From: Planctomycetota bacterium
GTDB lineage: Bacteria > Planctomycetota > UBA11346
Assembly: GCA_038213805.1 (NCBI GenBank)
Contig: JBBQSO010000039.1
Coordinates: forward strand, 1 to 47,952
Reading direction: 5' to 3'
DNA: 47,952 bases
The translations under genes and the position numbers were made by a program. Shown here one piece after another: positions 18,490-30,157 of the stretch. The number at the start of each line of letters is the position of its first letter. Within the stretch, counting starts at the first letter, position 1. Below the pieces are notes generated by a model, which was not told where the DNA came from, did no database searches, and saw only the letters and a list, made by a program, of their open reading frames with translations.

Positions 18490-20067
18490 ATGCCCGATGG
18501 CCATCTGCTGCTGGTGCTGCACGCCCACCTGCCCTTCGTCAGGCATCCCGAGGACGCGCATTTCCTCGAAGAGCAGTGGCTGTTCGAGGCCATCACCGAG
18601 ACCTACGTGCCGCTGCTCTCGCGGCTCGAGCGGCTGCAGCGCGAGGGGGTGCCCGCGCGCGTGACCATGACCTGGTCGCCGCCGCTGTGCGAGATGCTCG
18701 CCGACCCCCTGCTGCAGCAGCGCTACCGCGACAGCGTCGGCCGGCTGCTGATGCTCGCCGAGCAGGAGGTCCACGCCAAGTCCGGCACGCCCTTCGCCGC
18801 CGCCGCGGTGATGTACCGCGACCACTTCCGCTACTGCTTGGAGATGCACGCGCGCTTCCAGGGCAACTTCCTGCACTGGGTGCGCGAACTGCGCGACGCC
18901 GGGGTGATCGAGCCCATCACCTGCGGAGCCACCCACGGCTTCCTGCCGCTGATGCTGACCGACAACGGGCGGCGCGCCCAGCTGCGCATCGCGGTCGCGA
19001 ACTACCGCAAGCACTTCGGCGCCGATCCCAAGGGCATCTGGCTGCCGGAATGCGGTTATGCGCCAGGCGTCGAACAGCTCCTCAAGGAGGTCGGGCTGCG
19101 CTACTTCTTCGTCGACACCCACGGCATCTACTACGGCGAGCCGCGCCCGCGCTTCGGCGTCTACGCGCCGGTCTACTGCCCCAACGGCGTCGCCGCCTTC
19201 GGCCGCGATCCTGAGTCATCGCGCTCGGTGTGGTCGGCGCAAACCGGCTATCCGGGCGACGCACTGTATCGCGAGTTCTACCGCGACTTGGGCTACGACG
19301 GCGACTACGCGTGGGTGAAACCGTTCCTGCACCCTGACGGGGTGCGCCGCAACCTGGGACTGAAGTACCACGCCATCACCGGCAAGGTCGAACTCCACGA
19401 GAAGCGCCCCTATGACCCGGCGCCGGCCTTCCTGCGCGCCATGGAGCACGGCACCGACTTCGTCGCCCGGCGTCTGGAGCAGGCGGAGAACCTCCAGCGG
19501 CTGATCGGTCGCGCGCCCGTCATCGTCGCCCCCTACGACGCCGAGCTCTTCGGCCACTGGTGGCACGAGGGCACCCAGTTCATCGAGAGCATCTTCCGCG
19601 CCTGCGCCGCCAGCGGCGGGCGGCTGCGCCCGGTCACCGGCAGCGGCTACCTGGCCGAGTTCCCGATCCACCAGGTGGTCGCGCCGTCGGCTTCGAGCTG
19701 GGGCGATGCCGGCTACAGCGGGGTGTGGCTGAATCCGGGCAATGACTGGATCTACCGCCACCTGCACGCCGCCGAGGAGCGCATGGTCGAGTGCGCCCGG
19801 CAGTTCCCCAACGCCTACGGTCTGCGCGAGCGGGCCCTTGACCAGATGGCACGCGAGCTGCTGCTCGCCCAGTCTTCAGACTGGGCCTTCATCATGACCA
19901 CCGGCACCACCGTGCCCTATGCCGTGCGCCGCACCCGCGACCACATCAACCGCTTCACCGCCCTCTACGAGCAGGTGATGGCCGACCGCATCGACGCGGC
20001 GGTGCTGCGCGAGATCGAGTGGCGCGACACCATCTTCCAGGAGATCGATTACCGGGTCTATTGCTGA
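18490..20067 (+). CDS. GH57 1,4-alpha-glucan branching enzyme (DUF1957)
   Basis: HAHLPFV, EAITETY, THGFLPL, WLPECGY (nucleophile), APYDAELFGHWW (acid/base), LLAQSSDW. Confidence 0.93.
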   Translation: MPDGHLLLVLHAHLPFVRHPEDAHFLEEQWLFEAITETYVPLLSRLERLQREGVPARVTMTWSPPLCEMLADPLLQQRYRDSVGRLLMLAEQEVHAKSGTPFAAAAVMYRDHFRYCLEMHARFQGNFLHWVRELRDAGVIEPITCGATHGFLPLMLTDNGRRAQLRIAVANYRKHFGADPKGIWLPECGYAPGVEQLLKEVGLRYFFVDTHGIYYGEPRPRFGVYAPVYCPNGVAAFGRDPESSRSVWSAQTGYPGDALYREFYRDLGYDGDYAWVKPFLHPDGVRRNLGLKYHAITGKVELHEKRPYDPAPAFLRAMEHGTDFVARRLEQAENLQRLIGRAPVIVAPYDAELFGHWWHEGTQFIESIFRACAASGGRLRPVTGSGYLAEFPIHQVVAPSASSWGDAGYSGVWLNPGNDWIYRHLHAAEERMVECARQFPNAYGLRERALDQMARELLLAQSSDWAFIMTTGTTVPYAVRRTRDHINRFTALYEQVMADRIDAAVLREIEWRDTIFQEIDYRVYC

Positions 20068-20143
20068 AGGCACACCCTCCCCAGGGAAAAAGAAGGCAAT
20101 TCTCCGGTGGCGCCCTAAGCACAGGGACATCCCTTCCTCAGCC

Positions 20144-21022
20144 ATGCCCAGCCTGACTCTGGCCGACCTCGATCAGCGCCCCGAACTCGCGCCCGCGGTC
20201 CTCGCCCTCTTCGCCGCAGCTCCACCGGGCGCGCACCATCTGGTGTGCGGCCTGCCTGCCGCCATGGGGCAGGAGCCGACCGCCGAAATACTCGCCCGCA
20301 CCTCGGGCATGCTGCTCGCGCTGTCCGGCCGCCAGGTCGCGGGGGCGGTTGGCATATGCCCGTACAGCGAGGATCAGGTCACCCTGTGGGGACCCGCCAC
20401 GGCCCAGGCCGCGGTCGCCGAGTTCCTCTTCACCTCGACGCGCGAAGCCCTGCACCTGAGCCGCTTCGGCAGCATGCGCGCGCTGATCGACACCCGCAAC
20501 CGCGAGCAACGCGCCTTCTACCGCGCGCACGGCTTCGCGGCGTGGAAGGACAACCACCTGTACGAATGTGTGCTCGAGGCCCGCACCAGCACCGGCACGG
20601 TCAGCCGCGGCAGCCTGGCCTTCAAGGTCCGGGCCGCGACCACGCGCGACCACAATGCGGTCATCTCGATCCTCACCCGCGCCTTCCCGGACAGCGACCA
20701 CTGCCTGCCGAGCCTGGCCAAGCGCGAGGCCGACGGCTACCGTCACTACGTGCTTGAGGAGAACGGCACGGTGGTCGCCGCGGCGGCCGTGCAGGACGCC
20801 GGCCGCCGCGGCTGGCTCAAGCTGATCGCGGTCAAACCCGAACTGCGCGGCCGCCAGCTCAGCCGCCGCCTGCTTGAGGGCGTGCTCGCCAGCGAGTCGC
20901 GCCGCGGCAAGCGCACCATGGCGCTCGAGGTGCTCGCTGACAACGCGCCGGCGATCGCGCTCTACGAGCACGCCGGCTTCCGGCGCAAGTGGACGGCGAC
21001 GATCATGACGGGGCCGGTCTGA
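20144..21022 (+). CDS. tandem GNAT-family N-acetyltransferase
   Basis: IAVKPELRGRQL (motif A) and NAPAIALYEHAGF; a second FYRAHGF in the N-terminal half. Confidence 0.82.
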   Translation: MPSLTLADLDQRPELAPAVLALFAAAPPGAHHLVCGLPAAMGQEPTAEILARTSGMLLALSGRQVAGAVGICPYSEDQVTLWGPATAQAAVAEFLFTSTREALHLSRFGSMRALIDTRNREQRAFYRAHGFAAWKDNHLYECVLEARTSTGTVSRGSLAFKVRAATTRDHNAVISILTRAFPDSDHCLPSLAKREADGYRHYVLEENGTVVAAAAVQDAGRRGWLKLIAVKPELRGRQLSRRLLEGVLASESRRGKRTMALEVLADNAPAIALYEHAGFRRKWTATIMTGPV

Positions 21023-21307
21023 ACGACTGAAGGTCGGACGTCGGCTAGCCGACAGCTGCGGCGGACTGACAGCCGGATAAGATAGCAGCACCGGAGCAAC
21101 GGAGGAGGGACCTGGCAGATGGCGCCGCACTTTCCTCGACCAGGCTTTCCCCGATCCTCCGGCCCTGCTGTTTCTTCCGGCCTTCCGGACTGCGGACAGC
21201 AGAATTGTGGACGATCAGATCGGGCCAAGAGCGTCAGGAATGAGCGGCATGTCGTCCACGGCGGGAGAGCATGGCCAGGCCTGCCACCCACCAACGAAAG
21301 TACCTGA

Positions 21308-22339
21308 TTAATCAGGGCTTCCGTGATTCCGTTCGGCAGCGGCCCCGGCCTCGTCGAAGCGCGTCTGGAGCGCCGGCGCGAGCTCACCGGCGGCCAGCGC
21401 CAGCATCAGCAGCACGCGCGCCTGCTGCGGGTCGAGCCGGCGCGCGGCGATGAAGCCATAGGCGTCGTCATCGACCTCGATGCCACGGGCCACGCCCCCG
21501 CCGGCCACACGGCTGCTGCGCACCACGGCGATGCCAGCGCGCGCCGCGGCGACGAGCGCAGCGAGGGCATCCGTCGCCGCATTGCCGGCGCCGACGCCGG
21601 CCAGCACCAGGCCGCGCGCGCCGCTCGCGACGGCATGATCGATGAGTTCGCGGCCCATGCCGGCATAGGCGTGAATGATGTCCACGCGTGGCAGGGCGGC
21701 GGGCAGGGCGGCAGGAACGGCTGATGGCTGATGGCTGATGGCTGATGGCGTGGTGAAATTCGGTCCAGCCGGGCCGCAGGCGCCTAGGGGCGGCGCAGCG
21801 ACCGAGCCCAACGCTGCGAGCGCGGTGGTGTGCAGCTTGCGCACGGCGCGCGCGCCGTGGATCGCTCCAGCCATCACCACCAGTACTCCACGCCCGCGCG
21901 CCGCCGGGCTGGCGGCGACCGCCACGGCGTCGTTGAGGTTGCGGGGACCGTCGGCGTGCGCCGCCGTCGCCGGGCGCATCGCCCCGGTCAGCACCACCGG
22001 CATGGCGCCGGACAGGACCAGGCCCAGGAAGTACGCGGTCTCCTCCATGGTGTCGGTGCCATGCGTGACCACCACGCCGGCGAGCGTCGGATCGCCGGCG
22101 AGTTCGTGGAGGCGCCGCGCCAGCGCCAGCCACTGCTGCGGCCCGATATCCTGGCTGCCGAGGTTGCACAGCTGCTCGCCAGTGATGCGCGCGAGGCGCG
22201 CAAGTTCCGGCACCGCCGCCAGCAGGTCGGCGAGTGGGCGGCTGCCGGCGCGGTAGCCCGCGCCCGTGCCGGTCGCCGCGATGGTGCCACCGGTGGCGAT
22301 GAGATGGACACGCGGTAGCGCAGCGGGCGTATTCGCCAT
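21308..22339 (-). CDS. L-asparaginase/glutaminase family protein
   Basis: IATGGTIA, GVVVTHGTDTMEETAY, VLTGAMRP, ADGPRNL, AGVGAGN. ATG at 22339; no signal peptide. Confidence 0.92.
   Translation of the reverse strand: MANTPAALPRVHLIATGGTIAATGTGAGYRAGSRPLADLLAAVPELARLARITGEQLCNLGSQDIGPQQWLALARRLHELAGDPTLAGVVVTHGTDTMEETAYFLGLVLSGAMPVVLTGAMRPATAAHADGPRNLNDAVAVAASPAARGRGVLVVMAGAIHGARAVRKLHTTALAALGSVAAPPLGACGPAGPNFTTPSAISHQPSAVPAALPAALPRVDIIHAYAGMGRELIDHAVASGARGLVLAGVGAGNAATDALAALVAAARAGIAVVRSSRVAGGGVARGIEVDDDAYGFIAARRLDPQQARVLLMLALAAGELAPALQTRFDEAGAAAERNHGSPD
21719..21749. repeat. intragenic heptamer tandem repeat (GGCTGAT)4
   Basis: Four perfect units at 21719-21746 plus GGC, within the segment encoding PSAISHQPSA in the asparaginase. 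Confidence 0.92.
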
Positions 22340-22353
22340 GCCGGGCGCGCTGC

Positions 22354-23022
22354 TCACAGCGTGACGGTCTGCTTCTTCCCGGCGATGGTGACGGTGTCGC
22401 CGGCGTGCAGCTTGCGGCCCGGGCGCAGCTCTTCGGCACCGTTCACCAGGATGCCGCCGGCGCGCACGGTGTGCTTGCCCTCGGCGCCGGTGCCGGCGGT
22501 GGCATTGCGCTTGAGCCACTGCACCAGGGTGATGTAGGGCTGCCCGCTGCCGTCGAGGCGCGGAGCGGCGGGGACCTCGGGCGGCGCGACCCCGCCCGCA
22601 TCAGCGCCGGCCGGAGCAGGCTTGCCGGGCCGCGGCCGCGGCGCGCGGCGCTCCGGACGTGCTGCGCGTCCCTCTGTGGTCGCCGTGCCGCCCTCGCGCT
22701 GACCCCACACCGGGCCACCGCCACGCGCAGCGCGCTCACCACGCGGCTGTGCTTCCGGGCGACCGCGGCCCCCGCCCGCGGGGCGCCCGGCAGGCTGGTC
22801 CGCCGCCGGGCGGCCGCCCTGACCCGCGTGCTTGCGCAGCGGATGCGTGCTGGGCTTCGCGCCCTTGGCGCCGCCCTGGCCGCCCTTGGCGCCACCGCCG
22901 CGCTGCGGCTGGCCTTCGTCCTCGTCGTCAGCGCGGCGGGCGCCGCGCTTGGGGACGGCCTCGCCTTTCAGCGCCTCTTTCCAGTACGGACCGGGACGGT
23001 TGCCGTGGTAGCCCTTGGCCAT
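22354..23022 (-). CDS. S4-like RNA-binding protein (YaaA/YbcJ type) with a long low-complexity N-terminus
   Basis: C-terminal YITLVQWLK...TGAEGK....GGILVNGAEELRPGRKLHAGDTV. Confidence 0.8.
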   Translation of the reverse strand: MAKGYHGNRPGPYWKEALKGEAVPKRGARRADDEDEGQPQRGGGAKGGQGGAKGAKPSTHPLRKHAGQGGRPAADQPAGRPAGGGRGRPEAQPRGERAARGGGPVWGQREGGTATTEGRAARPERRAPRPRPGKPAPAGADAGGVAPPEVPAAPRLDGSGQPYITLVQWLKRNATAGTGAEGKHTVRAGGILVNGAEELRPGRKLHAGDTVTIAGKKQTVTL

Positions 23023-23055
23023 GATGAAGCCCTCGTTGCAGGAGTCGGTTGGAGA

Positions 23056-24090
23056 TCAGGCCCAGGCGTCGAGGTGGCCCTTGATGCGCAGCCACGCATC
23101 GCGCGGGACCTGCGCGCCGAGCACCTGCACCACCGCTGCGCCGCTGAGCGCGCCGAGCCGGCCGCAGCGCGCGAGGTCGAGACCGCGCAGGTGCCCGGCG
23201 AGGAAGCCCGCCGCCCAGCAGTCGCCGGCGCCGGTGGTGTCGAGCGCCTCGACCAGGTGCGCCGGCACGGTGACGCGCTCACGCCCGCGGGCGATCAGCG
23301 CGCCGTCCTTGCCGAGTTTCACCGCGGCGATGGCGACGCGCCCGGCGAACTCCTCGAGCGCGGCGGCCGGGCCGCCGGCGTTCCAGGCGGTGGCCTCGTC
23401 CTGGTTGGCGAAAACGATGTCGACCTGCCCGTCGAGCAGCTCGGCGAGCACCGCGCGGTTGGCGTTGACCACTTCAAAAGAGGCGAGGTCGAGGGCCAGC
23501 GCCGCACCCGCGGCCTTGGCCGCCGCGGCCACCGCGCGGGTCAGTGCGTGATTGAACAAGGTGTAGCCCTCGAGCATCACCAAGCGCACGCCGGCGAAGG
23601 TGGCCGGGGTGAAGTGCGCGGGATCGAGCGCCGCCGCCGCGCCCAGGCAGGTGCGCATGGTGCGCTCGGCGTCGGGTGTGACCATGCTCAGCACGTGGCC
23701 GGTGGGCAGCGTCGGATGGGTGACCAGGCGGGGCTCGCAGTCCTGCTCGCCCAGCACGCGGTGGTAGAATTCACCGTAGGCGTCGGCGCCACAGCAGCCG
23801 ATGAAGGCCGCGCGCACGCCGAGGTTGGCGCAGCCGACCGTGGTGTTGGCCGCGGCGCCGCCGGGGCTGCGGTTGGGCTCCTTGCGGGCAGCCCCCAGCA
23901 TCGCCGCGATGGCCTCGGCGTCGACCATCTCCATGCCGCCCTTGGCCCCGGGGACGTGGCGTTCGAGGAAGCGCTCGTCCACCGGCAGGACCAGGTCGAC
24001 CAGCGGCGAACCGACGCCGACCAGCTCGGGCGCGGGCTTCGACGCGGTGTCCGGAGCGGCAGCGGGAACGGGGAGGGCGGCTTCGGACAT
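23056..24090 (-). CDS. PfkB-family (adenosine kinase-like) carbohydrate kinase
   Basis: GSPLVD, PGGAAANT, TPDAERTMRTCLGAA, FANQDEA, DTTGAGDCWAAGFL. Confidence 0.92.
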   Translation of the reverse strand: MSEAALPVPAAAPDTASKPAPELVGVGSPLVDLVLPVDERFLERHVPGAKGGMEMVDAEAIAAMLGAARKEPNRSPGGAAANTTVGCANLGVRAAFIGCCGADAYGEFYHRVLGEQDCEPRLVTHPTLPTGHVLSMVTPDAERTMRTCLGAAAALDPAHFTPATFAGVRLVMLEGYTLFNHALTRAVAAAAKAAGAALALDLASFEVVNANRAVLAELLDGQVDIVFANQDEATAWNAGGPAAALEEFAGRVAIAAVKLGKDGALIARGRERVTVPAHLVEALDTTGAGDCWAAGFLAGHLRGLDLARCGRLGALSGAAVVQVLGAQVPRDAWLRIKGHLDAWA

Positions 24091-24175
24091 GAGGATTCCT
24101 GCGGAGGTGGAGAGGACTCGATCGATCCTACCCACTGCGCAAGCGACGAGCGGGATGGACCGGTACGGCAGCAGG

Positions 24176-24886
24176 TCAGCGCAGCTCCTCGTCGAGGCTG
24201 CGCGCGACCTCCATGAAGATCGCCTGGGCGCTGCCGCGCAGGGTCGGCACCGGGGTGCCGAGCACGTCCGCGTGGAAGGAGAAGCGCGGTGGGGCCTTGC
24301 GGGCGAGCGCGAGCAGCGCGTCAATGCCGGTGACGGCACCGTAGCTGGCGTGGAACGGATTGCCGTTGGCGATCCACACCGAGGCCAAGGCGCGGTCGTC
24401 GACCAGGTCGAGGCGACCGCTCTTGCCGGTGAGCTGGAAGTACTGGAGCAGCTCCATGACGCCACCGGTCACCACCCCGGAGAAGGTCGCGCTGGCCGCG
24501 GCCAGCTCGTTGAAGTTGATCCCCGGTCCCATGGTCTCGATGTTCGAGATCTGCGGCGCCTGGTTGCCGAGCGAGGCTGGATCGGCGCCGGGTGGCAGCA
24601 GGTGCAGGCGGAACACTTGGCCGCCGATCTGCACCTGGTCGCCGTCGCCCAGGCGCACCGTGTCGGCGATGCGGATGTTGTTGACCAGCACGCCGTTGCG
24701 GCTCTTGAGGTCGACCAGCTGCCAGAACCCGTCGACGTGCCAGCGGACCTCGGCGTGGCGGCGCGAGGCAAGGGCGTCCTGGACGAGGATGTCGACGCCT
24801 TCTTCGCGGCCGAAGCAGTAGGCACGGCCCGTCTTCAGGCGGTAGGAACGCCGCGCCGCGGACACCAGATAGTAATCGACGTTCAT
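24176..24886 (-). CDS. FHA domain + DUF4388 (PatA-N-like) protein
   Basis: FHA motifs FGR, ASRRHA, DLKSRNG; then FSG....MELLQYFQLTGKSGRL...G.DAL. Confidence 0.85.
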   Translation of the reverse strand: MNVDYYLVSAARRSYRLKTGRAYCFGREEGVDILVQDALASRRHAEVRWHVDGFWQLVDLKSRNGVLVNNIRIADTVRLGDGDQVQIGGQVFRLHLLPPGADPASLGNQAPQISNIETMGPGINFNELAAASATFSGVVTGGVMELLQYFQLTGKSGRLDLVDDRALASVWIANGNPFHASYGAVTGIDALLALARKAPPRFSFHADVLGTPVPTLRGSAQAIFMEVARSLDEELR

Positions 24887-24947
24887 GGCCTGCACGGAAC
24901 CTTGTCGCGACCGCGGCAAGCCGCAAGCGGCCCGCGCCCCCGCCGGG

Positions 24948-25493
24948 TCACGGCCCGGCAGGCGTGGAGGTGGCGGCAGCCCCCGCCGGGGTCGCCCGGC
25001 GCCGATCGCGCAGCCGCTTGATCAGGTAGGCGACGACCGCCAGGTTGAGCAGCAGGACCACCACCGGCGTCGGGCCGGGATGGTGGCAGATCTCATAGAT
25101 CTCGATCGGGATGAGCAGGGACGAGCCGATCACCGTCAGCCATTCCGCCCACGACCGGTCGAACCACAGGCCGAAGCCTTCGACCAGGTAGAGCGTGGCG
25201 TAGCAGAAGCTGGCGAAGCCGATCAGGCGCAACTGGTTGGGGTTGGCGTTGCTCACCGTGGTGACCGCCTTGCTGAACAAGTGGCCATGCGGGTCGACGT
25301 GGACCCACTCCAGCCATCCTTCCAACGTCGCCTGGACATCGTGCTTGGCCAACACCGCGATCGCGATGCCCGCTCCGAGGAAGAGCAGTGCCTTGCTCAG
25401 CTTGACCACGGCAATGGCACGCAGCACCCAGGGTGCGTGGTGCGCAGATGCGCCCGCCGCGGGGTCCACGTGATTATCAGAGGCACTACTCAT
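24948..25493 (-). CDS. DUF2127-like membrane protein
   Basis: LRAIAVVK, VEGFGLW...WAEWLTVI.....IPIEIYE, NLAVVAYL. Confidence 0.82.
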   Translation of the reverse strand: MSSASDNHVDPAAGASAHHAPWVLRAIAVVKLSKALLFLGAGIAIAVLAKHDVQATLEGWLEWVHVDPHGHLFSKAVTTVSNANPNQLRLIGFASFCYATLYLVEGFGLWFDRSWAEWLTVIGSSLLIPIEIYEICHHPGPTPVVVLLLNLAVVAYLIKRLRDRRRATPAGAAATSTPAGP

Positions 25494-25608
25494 CGCGCGC
25501 ATCCTGCGGAGCCAGACGCCCATGCCAAGCGCTGCTGACGACCCAAGCGGCGCGCACGCGCCCGGTACCCGCGCCGGATGTACGCAAACGCGCCGGAGCG
25601 GCCGGCGA

Positions 25609-28095
<2,487 letters not shown>

Positions 28096-28222
28096 GGGGG
28101 CTCCGCGCGATGATCGGGAAACTGTAGCCCACGCCCCACGGGTTCAAGACATCCCCGGGCGACCGGGGTGGGTCCCGGGCAGGCGTCCGGGAAACGCTCC
28201 CAGGGTGGGCGGTCCGGCCGCC

Positions 28223-28271
28223 GGAAAACGCGCACCCCGCGGCCAGGCGGGCCGCGGGGTGCGCGTTTTCC
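28223..28271. terminator. perfect 22-bp hairpin, probable terminator of the LacI gene
   Basis: GGAAAACGCGCACCCCGCGGCC-aggcg-GGCCGCGGGGTGCGCGTTTTCC, 22 nt past the LacI stop. Confidence 0.75.
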
Positions 28272-28293
28272 ACGGTTTTCACCGGGTCGGACG

Positions 28294-29364
28294 TCAGCGC
28301 GCGGCGCTGCTCGCCATGCCCACCGTGGTGCGGCGGATCTTCAGGTCGCAGGCCGCGATGGCGCGCTGGATGGGCGGCTGAAGCGGGTTGGAGACCAGGT
28401 TGAGCACCGTGGCCGCGGCCACCGCGCCCATCTGCTCGCAGGGCTCGCGCACCGTCGACAGGCCGATGGCGCGGTGGCCGGTCAGGGGCAGGTCGCCCAT
28501 GCCGATGACCGCGACGTCCTCGGGGACGCGGATGCGCCGGGCGTCGAGGAGCTCGAGCACCGGCAGGGCTATGCTGTCGTTAAGCACGAACAGTGCGTCG
28601 GGGTGCGGCTGGCCGGGCGCGAAGATGCGTTCGATGGCATGCTCGGTGCGCCGTTCCAACGACTGCCCGGGGGGCGCGGCGACGATCCAGCGCTCGTCGA
28701 GCGGCAAGCCGGCGGCAGTGACCGCAGCGCGGTAGGCGACGACACGCGCAGTGCTCATGCGCATCGGGTAGTCGAGGCCAATATGGCCGATGCGCTTGCG
28801 GCCACTCTTGATGAGGTGCTCGACCGCGGCCGTGGCCGCGGCGCCGGAATCCCAGGCCGCGAAACTGGTCTCGGGCATGCCCAGCGGCTGGTCACCGATG
28901 AACACCAGAGGCACGCCGCGCTGGATGAACTCGCGATAGAGGTCCTCCTGGCCGGCCAGGGGCTGGCAGATCACGCCCTCGTCGTGGCGCTGCAGGGCGG
29001 CCTGCAGCTCCTTGCGATGGCGATCGGCGTTGAAGCGATGGGTGGCGACGAAGGGCGTGAAGCCGCCCTGGTCGAAGACGTCGAGCATGCCGGTCATGAC
29101 CTGCTCGGCCCACTCCATGCGGAAGTTGGCGAGCACTACCCCGATCACCCCGCTGCGCTGGCGGCGCAGGTTGCGTGCGGCGATGTTGGGCACGTAGCCG
29201 AGCTCCTTGGCGGCGTCCAGGACGCGGCGCGTGGTCTCGGGGGTGATGCTGCGCTGCTGCGACCGGCCATTGAGGACGATCGACACCGTGGCGCGCGACA
29301 CTTGCAGTCGGCGGGCGATCTCTTTGGTGGTCACGGAGCTGTTGGGGAAGATGGTTTCAGTCAT
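28294..29364 (-). CDS. LacI-family transcriptional regulator
   Basis: TTKEIARRLQVSRATVSIVLN HTH, LGYVPN..ARNL hinge, RVPEDVAVIG, LSTV. Confidence 0.95.
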   Translation of the reverse strand: MTETIFPNSSVTTKEIARRLQVSRATVSIVLNGRSQQRSITPETTRRVLDAAKELGYVPNIAARNLRRQRSGVIGVVLANFRMEWAEQVMTGMLDVFDQGGFTPFVATHRFNADRHRKELQAALQRHDEGVICQPLAGQEDLYREFIQRGVPLVFIGDQPLGMPETSFAAWDSGAAATAAVEHLIKSGRKRIGHIGLDYPMRMSTARVVAYRAAVTAAGLPLDERWIVAAPPGQSLERRTEHAIERIFAPGQPHPDALFVLNDSIALPVLELLDARRIRVPEDVAVIGMGDLPLTGHRAIGLSTVREPCEQMGAVAAATVLNLVSNPLQPPIQRAIAACDLKIRRTTVGMASSAAR

Positions 29365-29387
29365 GGGTACCTCGCGGTACGTGACGT

Positions 29388-29403
29388 AGTATCACGTGAT
29401 ACT
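29388..29403. promoter_or_regulatory. perfect 16-bp palindrome, candidate LacI auto-operator
   Basis: AGTATCACGTGATACT with central CG, 23 nt upstream of the LacI ATG. Confidence 0.65.
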
Positions 29404-29617
29404 GGATTACACTTGTGACCCCCCCTACCTGGGATCAGGGCGGGTAACACAGTAAGGATGCTCGAGAGCGGGGTTATAAACCTCAGGCGCCTGACCGGAC
29501 GTCGCTGGACCAGCGATCAGGGTTTCGCGGCGCTCGTGATCGCAGTCCATGTCACGATCGGATCGTTGTCTTCCCCGAAGGACGGCTAGGTGCCGGCAGG
29601 TGGCCAGGAACCCCGAT

Positions 29618-30069
29618 CAGCGAAGCGGTCACCGGCTTCAACCTCCCCATCTCCTGGTTCGTGGAGGCATCGCCAGCGGCCTCGGCGGCGGTGGTGCGGA
29701 CCTCACGTGCATCATCACCGCGACCGGCAGCGGGCAGGTCACCTTCGACCTGCCCGCCGGTGCGGCCAGCGACCCCGCGGGCAACACCAGTACCGCCGCG
29801 GCCAAGCCTACGCGCAACCTGGACCTGATGGGACCCACCGTCACCGTCGACCAGGCGGGCGACCAAGCCGATCCGACCAGCGCCACCACCATCCGCTTTA
29901 CCGTGGTCTTCAGCCAGCCGGTGAGCGGCTTCGCCGCCGATATGGCCGTGCTCGGCGGTACGGCCGCCGGCACGCTGACCTTCGGCGTCAGCGGCGCCGG
30001 GGGCATCTACGTGGTGACGGTAAGCGGCATAATCAGTAGCGGCACGGTGACCGCCGCAATTCCGGCCAG
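29618..30069 (+). pseudogene. frameshifted remnant of an Ig-like repeat adhesin
   Basis: SEAVTGF in one frame, then AGAASDPAGNTS...PTVTVDQAGDQADPT...FTVVFSQPVSGF...GTVTAAIPA in another. No proper start or stop. Confidence 0.7.
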
Positions 30070-30157
30070 CCGGCATTGCGCAGGGCCGCGGCGCAGCACG
30101 GAGGACCGTGGGCGGCGGCGTGGCTTCGCCACCGCCGGCCCGCGCTCCGTCAGCGAG

